From contig JBHLPH010000010.1 of assembly GCA_048939625.1 (NCBI GenBank), positions 1-64,000 on the forward strand: a stretch of 64,000 nucleotides of DNA, read 5' to 3'. Made by a program: the position numbers and the translations under genes. Below the pieces are notes generated by a model that was not told where the DNA came from, did not search any database, and saw only the letters and a list, made by a program, of their open reading frames with translations. Positions 49,039 through 58,670 of the stretch are shown one piece after another (positions within the stretch are counted from its first letter, which is position 1; the number at the start of each line of letters is the position of its first letter). The stretch comes from Promethearchaeota archaeon (GTDB lineage Archaea > Asgardarchaeota > Hermodarchaeia > Hermodarchaeales > Hermodarchaeaceae).

Positions 49039-49323
49039 ATGTTTGCTCGAACACTCCAGCGGCAGGGTTTTTGGAAAGCTCGAAACGTAGAGAATGAATC
49101 AGGGCGCCGAATTTTCTTAAAACACGATTTGTATCTCGGCGGCATCTATGTTGAAGTCATGAATCGCGTCGCGGTTCTCCGCATTACCGAGTTAGGCATT
49201 GTCAGGGTCTTCAAACGGGCGAAGGCTCTCAGAACCTTTCTTGCTGAACTCGAAGCCATGAAAGGTCGTATTGCAGTGGAATCTCCTTCCCTTCATTCCC
49301 TTGTTCAACTCTCCAGTGATTAG
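49039..49323 (+). CDS. Hypothetical protein
   Basis: 94-aa ORF with upstream GAGGG and TATA-like element; no recognised motif. Confidence 0.5.
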   Translation: MFARTLQRQGFWKARNVENESGRRIFLKHDLYLGGIYVEVMNRVAVLRITELGIVRVFKRAKALRTFLAELEAMKGRIAVESPSLHSLVQLSSD

Positions 49324-49484
49324 ACTTCCTCATTCGTTTCTTTACTTCGAACTAGATCCATGAATGGGTCCTGTTCTACTTACTCTTAGTTAGTCAGAAA
49401 GCTTTTGTAACGCGGATAATGGGCTATGCAGGAGAATAACTCCTTTCCACCTGTTTCATGCTGACTATTAAGTCCGTGATTCTG

Positions 49485-51044
49485 ATGTCCACACAATTTC
49501 GGGAACGCAATGTGATCCAAAAGGACTGGCGCAAAGTTCAACTTCGTATCGCGTTGTGTTATCCAAATGCTTATCGTGTTGGCATGACCAGTCTTGCGAC
49601 CCATATGCTATACGCCCTATTCAACTCACGTCCTGAGGTGGCTTGTGAACGCGTTTTTTATGTTCCTGGTGAGGTGCCTCGATCGTTAGAATCTGGGCAA
49701 CCGCTTTCTAAATTTGATATCATTGCTTTTTCGCTTCAGTTTGAAACTGATTATGTCCATGTTGTTGAAATGCTAATCCGCTCTGACATTCCACCCCTAG
49801 CCATTAATCGGCAACAACCAAGGATTATTGTGGGGGGACCTTGTGCGACATCAAACCCCTTTCCTCTTCTACCCTTCATTGATGTTGTTCAAATCGGAGA
49901 CATTGAACCAGTCTTTTCACAATTGCTTGAGGCTCTGCTTGTAGCCAAAAGCCGGACGGAATTAAACGAGAAGTTAGGTAATCATTTCTTGGTTGCTGAA
50001 AGGAATCATGGTTCACGAGCCTTTGTTTCCGATTTAGATTCCGCTTTTCATCCGACTTGCCAGATTCTTCCTGAAGCACCTTATCCTTCGGAACTTGAGC
50101 CCACATTTGGTCAAAGCTTGTTGGTAGAGATTTCTAGAGGGTGTGATCGGCGGTGTAATTTCTGCATGACAACATACCACTGTGTTCGACGCCGAGAGCG
50201 TTCAGTGGGCATCCTCAAAGAAATAATCAATGAGGGCACTCGGTGTTCACAGGTGGATAAGATTGCGCTCTTAGCTTCCGGTTTTACTGATCATTCCGAG
50301 TTGCTTCCTCTATTGACCAATATCATTAGCGATGGACATCAGCTTTCGGTTCCCTCTTTGCGGGCTGATCTGAAAGACCCTGACATTTTACCTCTTATTT
50401 TTCAGGGAGGACAACGCACTCTCACCTTTGCTCCTGAAGCGGGTTCTAAGCGACTTCGAACTCTTATTGGTAAGTCCATTTCAGATGACACTTTTTTACA
50501 GACGTTCCAATCCGCCATTGAAGTAGGCTTTTCCCAATTCAAACTCTACTTCATGATTGGGCTACCCACTGAGTCCGATAATGATATCCAAGCAATTCAT
50601 GACTTTTGTAAACGGCTTCTAATGCTGACTGACAAAAAGCACCGAATTCATGTTAGCGTTGCACCGTTCATTCCCAAACCCCACACACCTTACCAGTGGA
50701 TAGGTCTTACTCCACTCAAAACGCTGAAGAGGCGCCTTAATCTTCTTAGAAATCTGCGTCGATATGGACGAATTCAATTAGATCTGCCAAATCCGCGGTG
50801 GAGCGTTATACAGGCAGTTCTTTCAAGAGGATCAAGTGATTTAGCAAGGCTACTCTTAGACGTAGCACTGAAAGGAAAAACCACAGCTGGAACATGGTTC
50901 CAAGCAGCCAAGCAGCTGGGATTGAATCTAGAAACCCTTGCAACTGCGGATTATCCCCCTGATGCTACCTTTGCATGGAACCGAATTGATGTAGGTGTCA
51001 ATCGTAAACTTTTATTGCAACGGTTTGCCAAACTTGAACAGTAA
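49485..51044 (+). CDS. Radical SAM protein (TIGR03960/B12-binding-like family)
   Basis: YPNAYRVGMTSL, EISRGCDRRCNFC, TFAPEAGS, FIPKPHTP. Confidence 0.88.
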   Translation: MSTQFRERNVIQKDWRKVQLRIALCYPNAYRVGMTSLATHMLYALFNSRPEVACERVFYVPGEVPRSLESGQPLSKFDIIAFSLQFETDYVHVVEMLIRSDIPPLAINRQQPRIIVGGPCATSNPFPLLPFIDVVQIGDIEPVFSQLLEALLVAKSRTELNEKLGNHFLVAERNHGSRAFVSDLDSAFHPTCQILPEAPYPSELEPTFGQSLLVEISRGCDRRCNFCMTTYHCVRRRERSVGILKEIINEGTRCSQVDKIALLASGFTDHSELLPLLTNIISDGHQLSVPSLRADLKDPDILPLIFQGGQRTLTFAPEAGSKRLRTLIGKSISDDTFLQTFQSAIEVGFSQFKLYFMIGLPTESDNDIQAIHDFCKRLLMLTDKKHRIHVSVAPFIPKPHTPYQWIGLTPLKTLKRRLNLLRNLRRYGRIQLDLPNPRWSVIQAVLSRGSSDLARLLLDVALKGKTTAGTWFQAAKQLGLNLETLATADYPPDATFAWNRIDVGVNRKLLLQRFAKLEQ

Positions 51045-51073
51045 ACTTACAGAAGCTAGCTGGGGCTAATCAA

Positions 51074-51517
51074 ATGGGATCAAAACGAAAACCATCCAAA
51101 AAAGAAACTTCAGAGATTCCACTCAAGCTAGAAAAAGAGGTGAAGGGTGCAACTGATTCTGAATGCGAGGATTTGACCGAACGAATTCTCGAGCATCTTC
51201 CAAACCTAGCCAATGAGATGAAGACATCAGAAGCTGAAGTTCAAATTGATGGTGTGCGATGGGAAGAAACTGACCGCACTCGTCAGCCCGTTCGAGGCGG
51301 TGAGGACCGCTTTTCAGGTTATTCTCCGGATGTTATTGATTTTCTTAGGCGTTGTGCGACAGATGATGAAGCATTAGAAATTATCTCTTTCTTAGAGAAA
51401 CGGGGAGAAATCAATTCAAATCATGCTGAAGAACTCCGGAAACAATTACAGAATCAAGGTCTTCGCAGTTTCGGAACGAAGAAATCTTGGGGCCATTACG
51501 AACGGGAAAGCTCATAA
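51074..51517 (+). CDS. DUF2095 family protein
   Basis: GYSPDVIDFLRRC.T.DEALEII.FLEKRGEI, RSFG.KK.WG.Y. Confidence 0.8.
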   Translation: MGSKRKPSKKETSEIPLKLEKEVKGATDSECEDLTERILEHLPNLANEMKTSEAEVQIDGVRWEETDRTRQPVRGGEDRFSGYSPDVIDFLRRCATDDEALEIISFLEKRGEINSNHAEELRKQLQNQGLRSFGTKKSWGHYERESS

Positions 51518-52726
51518 CTAATGGGTGGCCCCTGCAGCAACAATCCGGATCACATCATCACGTTGTAATTCATAGGTTTCCGCTAATCGTTTTTTGGTTC
51601 GCGCATCGATAGCATGGATAAAGGTATCGCCTAACTCGGTATGAATCCTATAGGCCAGCTGTCGAGCGGTAGTACCCTTTGGAACTAAGTAAACATCAGG
51701 AAGCACGTTTCCATCATGGTCTGCGAGTTTTCCCGCGTCCTCAACGGGATATACAGGAATGAGCTCTAAGACATCGAATACAACGGTATTCAGTACCTGT
51801 TGTACACCAGTTGATCCATACTTATCTAAAATTTCTACTTGTAACCGGTGTAGCTGGGATTGTTCTTTCTCCCCTAAGACGCCAGGTGTGATGATATCGA
51901 ATCTTGGTGCACCAGGTTGGTAAGCGATGATGCCTTTTTCACTCAGACTTCGGAGCACAAACTCAGCTTCTGCACTACATGGAATGACAATCTCATCGGT
52001 GTTCTGCTGCAAGGTTTCCAAATATTTGGCTGCGTGCTCACGATCTATCTTATTGGCGGCAATAATCATCGGTTTTGCTCGACGCCGAAGGAACTGTACA
52101 AATCGCTCCAAATCACTCTCCGACCATGAGGTTGGATTGGCGGTAGATAGGTCTGAATCCTTGATTGCGGCTTTGATGGCTAATTCAGTGATTTGTAATC
52201 CAGAAAGTTTCTCTCCTAGGAGGCTGCTGATTTTTAATTTCTCAGTTTCAGCTCTTCGTGAAAGTCGTCGCCAGTCTCGTTGTAAGATTTGCACGAGCCA
52301 CATGTTGATTTCTCGTTCTAGAAACGCAACATCTTCTTGGGGATCCCAACTACCGGGTTCCACATCACGTCCCTCGGCATCCAGTGATCCCGAAGTATCA
52401 ACAACATGAATGAAGGCGTCTGCACGGCTCAGCTCATTTAAAAACTCATTTCCTCGCCCCCTCCCAAGATGAGCATCCGGAACGAGTCCAGCCACATCTA
52501 GCATATCAACAGGGATTAACCTCACACCATCTCGGCATACGGAATTCTTTGGATTACACGTGACTTCGAATTCTTGACATAAACAATCTACGCGCACATA
52601 GGCCGTGCCAGGATTGGGTTCAATGGTAGTGAAGGGATACGCTCCAACTTTCGCTGCGGTTCGACACGCTGCGTTTAAGAATGTGCTTTTTCCGGATGAT
52701 GGTTTACCCACAATTCCTACCAACAA
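51518..52726 (-). CDS. ychF: YchF/Obg-family P-loop NTPase with TGS domain
   Basis: GKPSSGKST, YPFTTIEPN, DVAGLV, ANKID, IHTELG. Confidence 0.92.
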   Translation of the reverse strand: MLVGIVGKPSSGKSTFLNAACRTAAKVGAYPFTTIEPNPGTAYVRVDCLCQEFEVTCNPKNSVCRDGVRLIPVDMLDVAGLVPDAHLGRGRGNEFLNELSRADAFIHVVDTSGSLDAEGRDVEPGSWDPQEDVAFLEREINMWLVQILQRDWRRLSRRAETEKLKISSLLGEKLSGLQITELAIKAAIKDSDLSTANPTSWSESDLERFVQFLRRRAKPMIIAANKIDREHAAKYLETLQQNTDEIVIPCSAEAEFVLRSLSEKGIIAYQPGAPRFDIITPGVLGEKEQSQLHRLQVEILDKYGSTGVQQVLNTVVFDVLELIPVYPVEDAGKLADHDGNVLPDVYLVPKGTTARQLAYRIHTELGDTFIHAIDARTKKRLAETYELQRDDVIRIVAAGATH

Positions 52727-52844
52727 GACAGGTTACCTCCATGCTCTAATAATAACGATAACAAATAAATCACAGCGATTGATGCATTCGCAGATAACAA
52801 TACTTTCATCCTATGGAAAAAGTAGTGTGGGATACACAAAGTAG

Positions 52845-53786
52845 GTGAGAAAATTGACAACAGGTCGTATCTTAGTTGCTGATCCAATACATAACGATGC
52901 AGTCAAGCAGTTACAGGATGCTGGTTTTAACCTTGACTTGAAAACAGAAATTACTCCTGAGGAACTGCTGAAATCAATTAGTGATTATGCTGGGCTTGTG
53001 GTGCGGAGTCGAACCAAAGTCACCAAAGAAGTAATTGCTGCTGGGACATCCTTGAAGGTAATCGCACGTGCAGGGGTGGGATTAGATAATGTTGATCGTG
53101 AAGCGGCACAGGAGAAAGGCATCCATGTCATCAATTCGCCGGAAGGTCCTTCGGTTAGTGTTGCTGAGCTAGTATTCGCCTTAGCACTTAATGTACTGCG
53201 AAAGATTGCCTTTGGTGATTCAGGTATTCGACGTGGTGAGTGGTTGAAGAAGCAAAGTAAAGGTGGCGAAATGCGTGGACGACGAATTGGTATTTGGGGA
53301 TTTGGCCTCATCGGTGAAGAAGTAGCCAAACGGGCGTTGGCTTTTGGAATGGAGGTATATGGCTTTGATTTAGTTTCTCAACGAATCGAAGTAATGAAAC
53401 AACTGGGAGTCCACTATGTTCCAGTTGAAGAGTTGCTTTCAGTTTCTGATGTACTCACCGTACATGTCCCACTTACCCCCAAAACTCGGGGACTAATTGG
53501 AAAGAAGGAGCTGGAAGCATTGCCTCAAGGGGCGATATTAATTAACACCGCTCGTGGGGGAATTGTTGACGAAGAAGCCCTTTACCAAAGTTTGGTTGCA
53601 GGTCATTTGGGCGGAGCAGGCATTGATGTGTTCACCTATGAACCACCATTCGGGAATGACCTGTTAGAAAAACTCGTTGCACTGCCAAATGTAGTATCCA
53701 CTCCCCATATTGGTGCTCAAACCATGGAGGCGTCACGAGCAAATTCAATGATAATCGCCAAGAAACTGATGTCGTTACTGAAGTAG
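52845..53786 (+). CDS. D-2-hydroxyacid/phosphoglycerate dehydrogenase
   Basis: VRSRT, RAGVGLDNVD, GFGLIG, INTARG, TPHIGA. Confidence 0.9.
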   Translation: MRKLTTGRILVADPIHNDAVKQLQDAGFNLDLKTEITPEELLKSISDYAGLVVRSRTKVTKEVIAAGTSLKVIARAGVGLDNVDREAAQEKGIHVINSPEGPSVSVAELVFALALNVLRKIAFGDSGIRRGEWLKKQSKGGEMRGRRIGIWGFGLIGEEVAKRALAFGMEVYGFDLVSQRIEVMKQLGVHYVPVEELLSVSDVLTVHVPLTPKTRGLIGKKELEALPQGAILINTARGGIVDEEALYQSLVAGHLGGAGIDVFTYEPPFGNDLLEKLVALPNVVSTPHIGAQTMEASRANSMIIAKKLMSLLK

Positions 53787-53851
53787 TAGCATAACAATTT
53801 TATAGGCAATGGCGGTTCGCTATCCCTTATTACGCGGAGGCGTCTACATCA

Positions 53852-54427
53852 ATGTACAAGCATATCAGCGAGTTATATGCCAGCCACGATAAAGATTTCA
53901 AAGCCCTTATCCGTTCCCGGTTAATTGAGTGGCGGAAAGAAGCGGCAACGACTCGCATTGACAGACCAACGCGCCTTGATCGAGCCCGACAAATCGGGTA
54001 TCGTGCCAAACAGGGCTTCATTGTCGTACGCCAACGTATTCCTCGCGGCTCTCGACGGAAACAAAGGCCAATAATGGGGCGTAAGCCCAAGAAAATGGGA
54101 ACGGTGAAAATCACTCCCAGTCGTAGTCGTCAATGGATTGCCGAGGAACGAACTGCTCGTAAATATCCAAACATGCGTATTTTAGGTTCATATTACATCG
54201 CCGAAGATGGTAAGAACCTCTGGTACGAAATTGTTCTTGTAGACCCTACCCATCCTGCAATTCAAGCAGATTCGCGAATTAACTGGGTTTGTGATCCTAC
54301 CCACAAAGGCAGAGTGTTTCGGGGTCTTACGCCTGCAGGAAAAACCTCTCGCGGACTCCGTCATCGTGGCACTGGAGCAGAGAAACTCCGTCCCAGTATT
54401 GGCAAATATGGCCGGCGTGGAAAATAA
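53852..54427 (+). CDS. rpl15e: 50S ribosomal protein eL15
   Basis: PTRLDRAR.IGYRAKQG, FRGLTPAG. Confidence 0.97.
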   Translation: MYKHISELYASHDKDFKALIRSRLIEWRKEAATTRIDRPTRLDRARQIGYRAKQGFIVVRQRIPRGSRRKQRPIMGRKPKKMGTVKITPSRSRQWIAEERTARKYPNMRILGSYYIAEDGKNLWYEIVLVDPTHPAIQADSRINWVCDPTHKGRVFRGLTPAGKTSRGLRHRGTGAEKLRPSIGKYGRRGK

Positions 54428-54455
54428 CAACCACAGGTTGGAGTGTGGGTAATCC

Positions 54456-54914
54456 GTGGCCGCATCTGAAAGCGGACCGGTTCGTCTGGAAATGCAAGCT
54501 TCTGTTCATGCAACAGAAGATGAAGCTAAAGTTCGACAAGCCATAGAGAACCTTTTTCCTGGCGATGTGCGCAACACGCTTGAATTTAACATCACAACCC
54601 TCCGGGGCCATTATCACAATCCGATTATTCGTATCGTTACTCAACTCACAGAGCCGCTACTCATTGAACAAACACTTACGGCAATTGGACAGCAACTGCC
54701 TTCTGAGGACTGCAGGGAAATAGAAGCTACCTTAGCCTCGCGGATAAACCAGAAAGGCCAACTGTTTCTCCGGCTTAATAAACAGGAGGCTTATCAAGGA
54801 CGCGTTCGATTAATAAATCGTGGTGACTCAATTCGCTTGGTTGTTCGGTTTTCCGGACGGAAACTCTCTCAAAAAACATTTGAAAATCTGTGTCGGCGGT
54901 TTAACCTCATCTAG
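54456..54914 (+). CDS. DUF54/RNA-binding protein of the exosome superoperon
   Basis: VHATEDEAKV, GHYHNPI, LFLRLNKQ. Confidence 0.85.
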   Translation: MAASESGPVRLEMQASVHATEDEAKVRQAIENLFPGDVRNTLEFNITTLRGHYHNPIIRIVTQLTEPLLIEQTLTAIGQQLPSEDCREIEATLASRINQKGQLFLRLNKQEAYQGRVRLINRGDSIRLVVRFSGRKLSQKTFENLCRRFNLI

Positions 54915-54926
54915 GATTGGAAGAGA

Positions 54927-55601
54927 ATGCGTACATATGATCTCCACATTCGTTTCAACCCAAACAAAAACGAAGAGGAGTTCAGGCGTATCAAAGAAAT
55001 GGCTATGAAATTAGGATTTAGAGGAATCGCCGTTGAATCTCCAACGAGAGGCAGGTTTGAAGAGAACGCTTCTCCATTTGAGGTTCTCCATCGAATAACC
55101 CTTGCTCCTCGGAGTGCAGCCCGTCTTCGGATGCGGGCAAAGAAACACGCACAAGAGACTGACCTTCTTGTCATTCGTGGGCGCTCTAAGCCAATTTGGC
55201 ATGTTGCGGCTGAAATTCCCACTATTCACATGGTAATGCTGAATGATGTTGAGGATTACATGACAGTTGATTCCAAAGTCGCACGAATAATGGCGAATCA
55301 CAACAAACCTGTGGAATTGTGTCTTCACAATCTTCTGACACTAACCGGCTCCATTCGGTCTAGGTTAATGCGCGTTATGAATACGGCCATTGATTATTTA
55401 GAACGGGCGAACTGCCCTTTGGTTCTTACTTCTGGAGCTAGTTCTCTCTACGAACTTCGTGCTCCTAAAGAACTGGAAGCACTCGGTTATTTGGCATCTG
55501 TTTCTGAAAAAACCGCTAAGAATGCCATACATGAAATGCCATCAACTCTTGTAGATTCGCTTGGCATTTCTCGGGATACAAAGTCGGGGAGGGACCAATA
55601 A
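54927..55601 (+). CDS. rnp3: RNase P protein subunit Rpp30
   Basis: YDLH, LVLTSGASS.YELRAP; synteny. Confidence 0.85.
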   Translation: MRTYDLHIRFNPNKNEEEFRRIKEMAMKLGFRGIAVESPTRGRFEENASPFEVLHRITLAPRSAARLRMRAKKHAQETDLLVIRGRSKPIWHVAAEIPTIHMVMLNDVEDYMTVDSKVARIMANHNKPVELCLHNLLTLTGSIRSRLMRVMNTAIDYLERANCPLVLTSGASSLYELRAPKELEALGYLASVSEKTAKNAIHEMPSTLVDSLGISRDTKSGRDQ

Positions 55602-55603
55602 TC

Positions 55604-55960
55604 GTGCAACCGCGTCAAAGGTATTTGGCTCTCCGGATTTATTCCTCAGAGAACCTCCCCTCAGAAGCAGACTTTCGAAATGCGATTTGGCAGCAGTTAA
55701 CCCAGTTATACGGGGAGTTGGGAGTAAGTCTGATTGGATTTTGGTTAACCTCATATCATCCTGACGAAACCAGTGCAATCCTCCGTTGCCAACACACACA
55801 AGTTCGACCCCTCCGAGCCGCTCTTGCAACGCTTACCCACGTCAATTCCAAACCATTACTAATTCATGTTGTAGCTGTCAGTGGTACCATCCGAAAAGCA
55901 GTTTCGCATCTGCCTGAACTCGAAACAGGCAAAGTCATCAGAGCCCGAAAACATCGCTAG
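55604..55960 (+). CDS. rnp2: RNase P protein subunit Pop5
   Basis: RQRYL, LYGELG, ILRC, VSGTIRKA. Confidence 0.9.
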   Translation: MQPRQRYLALRIYSSENLPSEADFRNAIWQQLTQLYGELGVSLIGFWLTSYHPDETSAILRCQHTQVRPLRAALATLTHVNSKPLLIHVVAVSGTIRKAVSHLPELETGKVIRARKHR

Positions 55961-56026
55961 CACAAGAACTAATTCGTATACTGAGAATTTTATTGAGCTT
56001 CAGGTTTCCAGCCAAAACAGATAAAA

Positions 56027-56125
56027 CGCGCCCTGCCGACACCTTTCCGGGGTTCAGTGAAGCCCCGCCGCTCCAAACTGAGCCTTGTGCTATGACGATC
56101 TCGCGACGAGCCGAGAGCCCCCGCC
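56027..56125 (-). ncRNA. Candidate structured GC-rich ncRNA of unknown family
   Basis: About 68% GC intergenic island with a closing stem and three hairpins; G-U pairs favour the minus strand. Confidence 0.4.
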
Positions 56126-56133
56126 TTTTCGTT

Positions 56134-56571
56134 TTATACAGGCATAGTATTAATCTCGACAGATATCAGGAATCCTTCCCATAACTGATATGCTTTCATT
56201 CGAAACCTCAGTTTTTTCAATCCATCTATGACCCAAACACACGGGTTATATTGCATGAATTCCAAGTCGCTAGCGGAGGGTTCAGGGGGTGCGGGATGGG
56301 AATGATATATACCCACTTGTTCGAGTCCTTCCTCCGCTGCAGCCGAGAGGATGGAGAATTGGTGTTCAGGGTCGATTTCAAATGCAGCCATCGACTGTGC
56401 GATATTTTTTGTTTCGGCAACCCGAACAACCTTGGCGGTTAAGCCATTGTCAGTATAGGTTCCAAGAAGTAGAGCACATCCTTCTTTGGGGAAAGCCCGG
56501 CGGCGAATGCCATAGAGCTGCCGTCTTTGTAGTGTGGTGAACTGGATTCGCGCAATCCGGGGTGTAATCAT
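56134..56571 (-). CDS. JAMM/MPN+ (JAB) metalloprotease
   Basis: PKEGCALLLG ... YHSHPAPPEPSASD (E-x-HxH-x7-S-x2-D). Confidence 0.9.
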   Translation of the reverse strand: MITPRIARIQFTTLQRRQLYGIRRRAFPKEGCALLLGTYTDNGLTAKVVRVAETKNIAQSMAAFEIDPEHQFSILSAAAEEGLEQVGIYHSHPAPPEPSASDLEFMQYNPCVWVIDGLKKLRFRMKAYQLWEGFLISVEINTMPV

Positions 56572-56656
56572 TGGTGAACCCCCAGCCAAAGACTTAAAAG
56601 CCTCTCACCTTTTGAGTCTTCGCATCTAAGCCGCCTGAGCGAGGTTGCTCCCAGGG

Positions 56657-57037
56657 ATGTCCAAAGATAAAGATCGAGATCGCCAATATATGCGTCGCAG
56701 TATGATAATTAGTGCTGTAGCTATTATTATCTTCAGTCTTCTCATTTTCTTAATGATTACCCGCTGGGGTCCCTTTGGACCATTTCTAGACCTGCTTGGT
56801 CCCGTTGGCACTGGAGTGATTGCTATTTTACTCCTTGTTCTCATTTTTCTTGGGCTGGTCATTCTGTTCGGCAATCTACGCGAATTTTATGGTGAAACGG
56901 CCGGATGGTTTGAACTCATCATCTTTCTTATCATTGTAGTTGTGATTGCCTTTGTTGGCTTCAGCTGGTTGCATGCTCTATTAACTGGGCTCCTTTGTAT
57001 CGGCATCATATACTATCTTCACACTGCTCAAGATTAA
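56657..57037 (+). CDS. Hypothetical 4-TM membrane protein
   Basis: Four hydrophobic segments. Confidence 0.65.
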   Translation: MSKDKDRDRQYMRRSMIISAVAIIIFSLLIFLMITRWGPFGPFLDLLGPVGTGVIAILLLVLIFLGLVILFGNLREFYGETAGWFELIIFLIIVVVIAFVGFSWLHALLTGLLCIGIIYYLHTAQD

Positions 57038-57171
57038 CTATAGCATCTCCCTTCCAGAAACTTGATACAACTAATAACAAGATTTTAAAGGCGTTGCTAC
57101 TAATCGGCAAACCTGCAAGACCAACGAAAAGTAAGAGGGCTTTCAAACAACTCCCTTCTTATTAGGCGTTT

Positions 57172-57894
57172 ATGGAGGACCCCTCATTGTTCGGTAACAC
57201 CCAAAGCTATGATATTGCCCTGACTACATTTAGTCCAGAGGGACGCCTATTTCAGGTTGAATACGCCTTTGAGGCGGTTCGAAAGGGTACGCCGATTTTG
57301 GGGATTCGCAGCACTGATGGCGCGATTTTAACTGCTCTACTCAGAAAGCATCCGCTTCAAGAACCACACCATAATGATAAAATCTACATGATCGATGAAT
57401 CAATTGGCACCGCCATTGCAGGATTATCAGGCGATGCGCGAACACTTGTTCGGTATGCTCGTGAGCTTGCTCAAATCAACCGATTAACCTTCGATGAACC
57501 CATCCACGTGAAAACGCTTAGTAAGAAACTCAGTGATCACATTCAATCTTACACCCAACAGGGTGGAACGCGACCATATGGCGTTTCGATGCTCTTTATT
57601 GGCGTTGATACTACTCCCCAACTCTACCTAAACACACCCATCGGGGCCTTTTGGAGCTATAAAGCTCAGGCGGTTGGGATGGACGCCGATCAAATGAACG
57701 CTAAACTTGAACAAGTGTATTCTCCTAACCTCACAACAGATGCTGCTCTCCAGTTGGCAGTTCGAATCCTTAAGGAAACGGCTTCCTCTCCTTTACAACC
57801 CGAAGGACTTGTGGCAGCAAAAGTAACGACCGCTGAAAAAAGATTCGTCAAATTAGAAATAGAGGAAGTACAACAACTGCTGGATTCGGTTTAA
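57172..57894 (+). CDS. psmA: Proteasome alpha subunit
   Basis: YD..TTFSPEGRLFQVEYA, YTQQGGTRPYGVS. Confidence 0.95.
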   Translation: MEDPSLFGNTQSYDIALTTFSPEGRLFQVEYAFEAVRKGTPILGIRSTDGAILTALLRKHPLQEPHHNDKIYMIDESIGTAIAGLSGDARTLVRYARELAQINRLTFDEPIHVKTLSKKLSDHIQSYTQQGGTRPYGVSMLFIGVDTTPQLYLNTPIGAFWSYKAQAVGMDADQMNAKLEQVYSPNLTTDAALQLAVRILKETASSPLQPEGLVAAKVTTAEKRFVKLEIEEVQQLLDSV

Positions 57895-57911
57895 AGAACA
57901 ATGAGGTTTTT

Positions 57912-58655
57912 ATGATGTCTGGAATGGGTGGAATTCGTGGCGATAAACGGGTTGATTTAGGCGATGCGGCGTTGGCACGATTAGATTCACATGGGCATCG
58001 CTTCGAGATAATCGTTGATCCGAAACTAGCCTGGAGTTTTAAACAAGGAGAGGCAGTCGAATTTCGTGAAATTCTCCGTGGTGATACCATTTTCGAAGAC
58101 GCACTTCGAAGCAAAAAGGCCCCTACAGAATCATTAGAAGAGGCGTTCGGAACCACTGACGAACGTGAAATAGCCCGAATCATTCTTGAAAAAGGCTCAC
58201 TCCAGCTCACAACTGAACAACGCCGCGAGATGGTTGAGAAACGGCGACGTCAAGTAATTGACATCATTGTGCGGAACTCAATTAATCCTAAGACCGGTTT
58301 ACCCCATCCACCTGCGCGAATCGAATCAGCTATGGATGAGGCTAGTGTAGTAATTGATTCTACTCAGACAGCTGAAGAACAAGCTCGCGATGTTGTCAAG
58401 GCATTACAACCCATTATTCCAATTCGAATGGAAGTTCAACAAATTGCTGTAAAGATTCCGCCCGACTTTGCCCCCAAAGCCTATGGCATCGTAGAGCGTC
58501 AAGCTCATATCGCAAAGGATGAGTGGCAAAAGGACGGGTCTTGGATCGCAATTGTTGAAGTCCCTGCTGGACTCCGTGGAGACCTCATTGATGCACTCAA
58601 CAATCTTACGCGTGGTCGTGCTGAAATCAAGATACTAAAAAAGGAAACACTATAG
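57912..58655 (+). CDS. Ribosome maturation factor SBDS/Sdo1
   Basis: FEIIVDP, AFGTTD, NPKTGLPHPPARIE. Confidence 0.95.
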   Translation: MMSGMGGIRGDKRVDLGDAALARLDSHGHRFEIIVDPKLAWSFKQGEAVEFREILRGDTIFEDALRSKKAPTESLEEAFGTTDEREIARIILEKGSLQLTTEQRREMVEKRRRQVIDIIVRNSINPKTGLPHPPARIESAMDEASVVIDSTQTAEEQARDVVKALQPIIPIRMEVQQIAVKIPPDFAPKAYGIVERQAHIAKDEWQKDGSWIAIVEVPAGLRGDLIDALNNLTRGRAEIKILKKETL

Positions 58656-58670
58656 GAGGCTTTACCGAAC

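Noticed and set aside
56027-56125. 5S rRNA or SRP RNA identity for the GC-rich island
   Set aside because: Only short motif resemblances (GUCAUAGC, GAACCCCGGAA); the helix architecture and SRP helix-8 motif do not fit.
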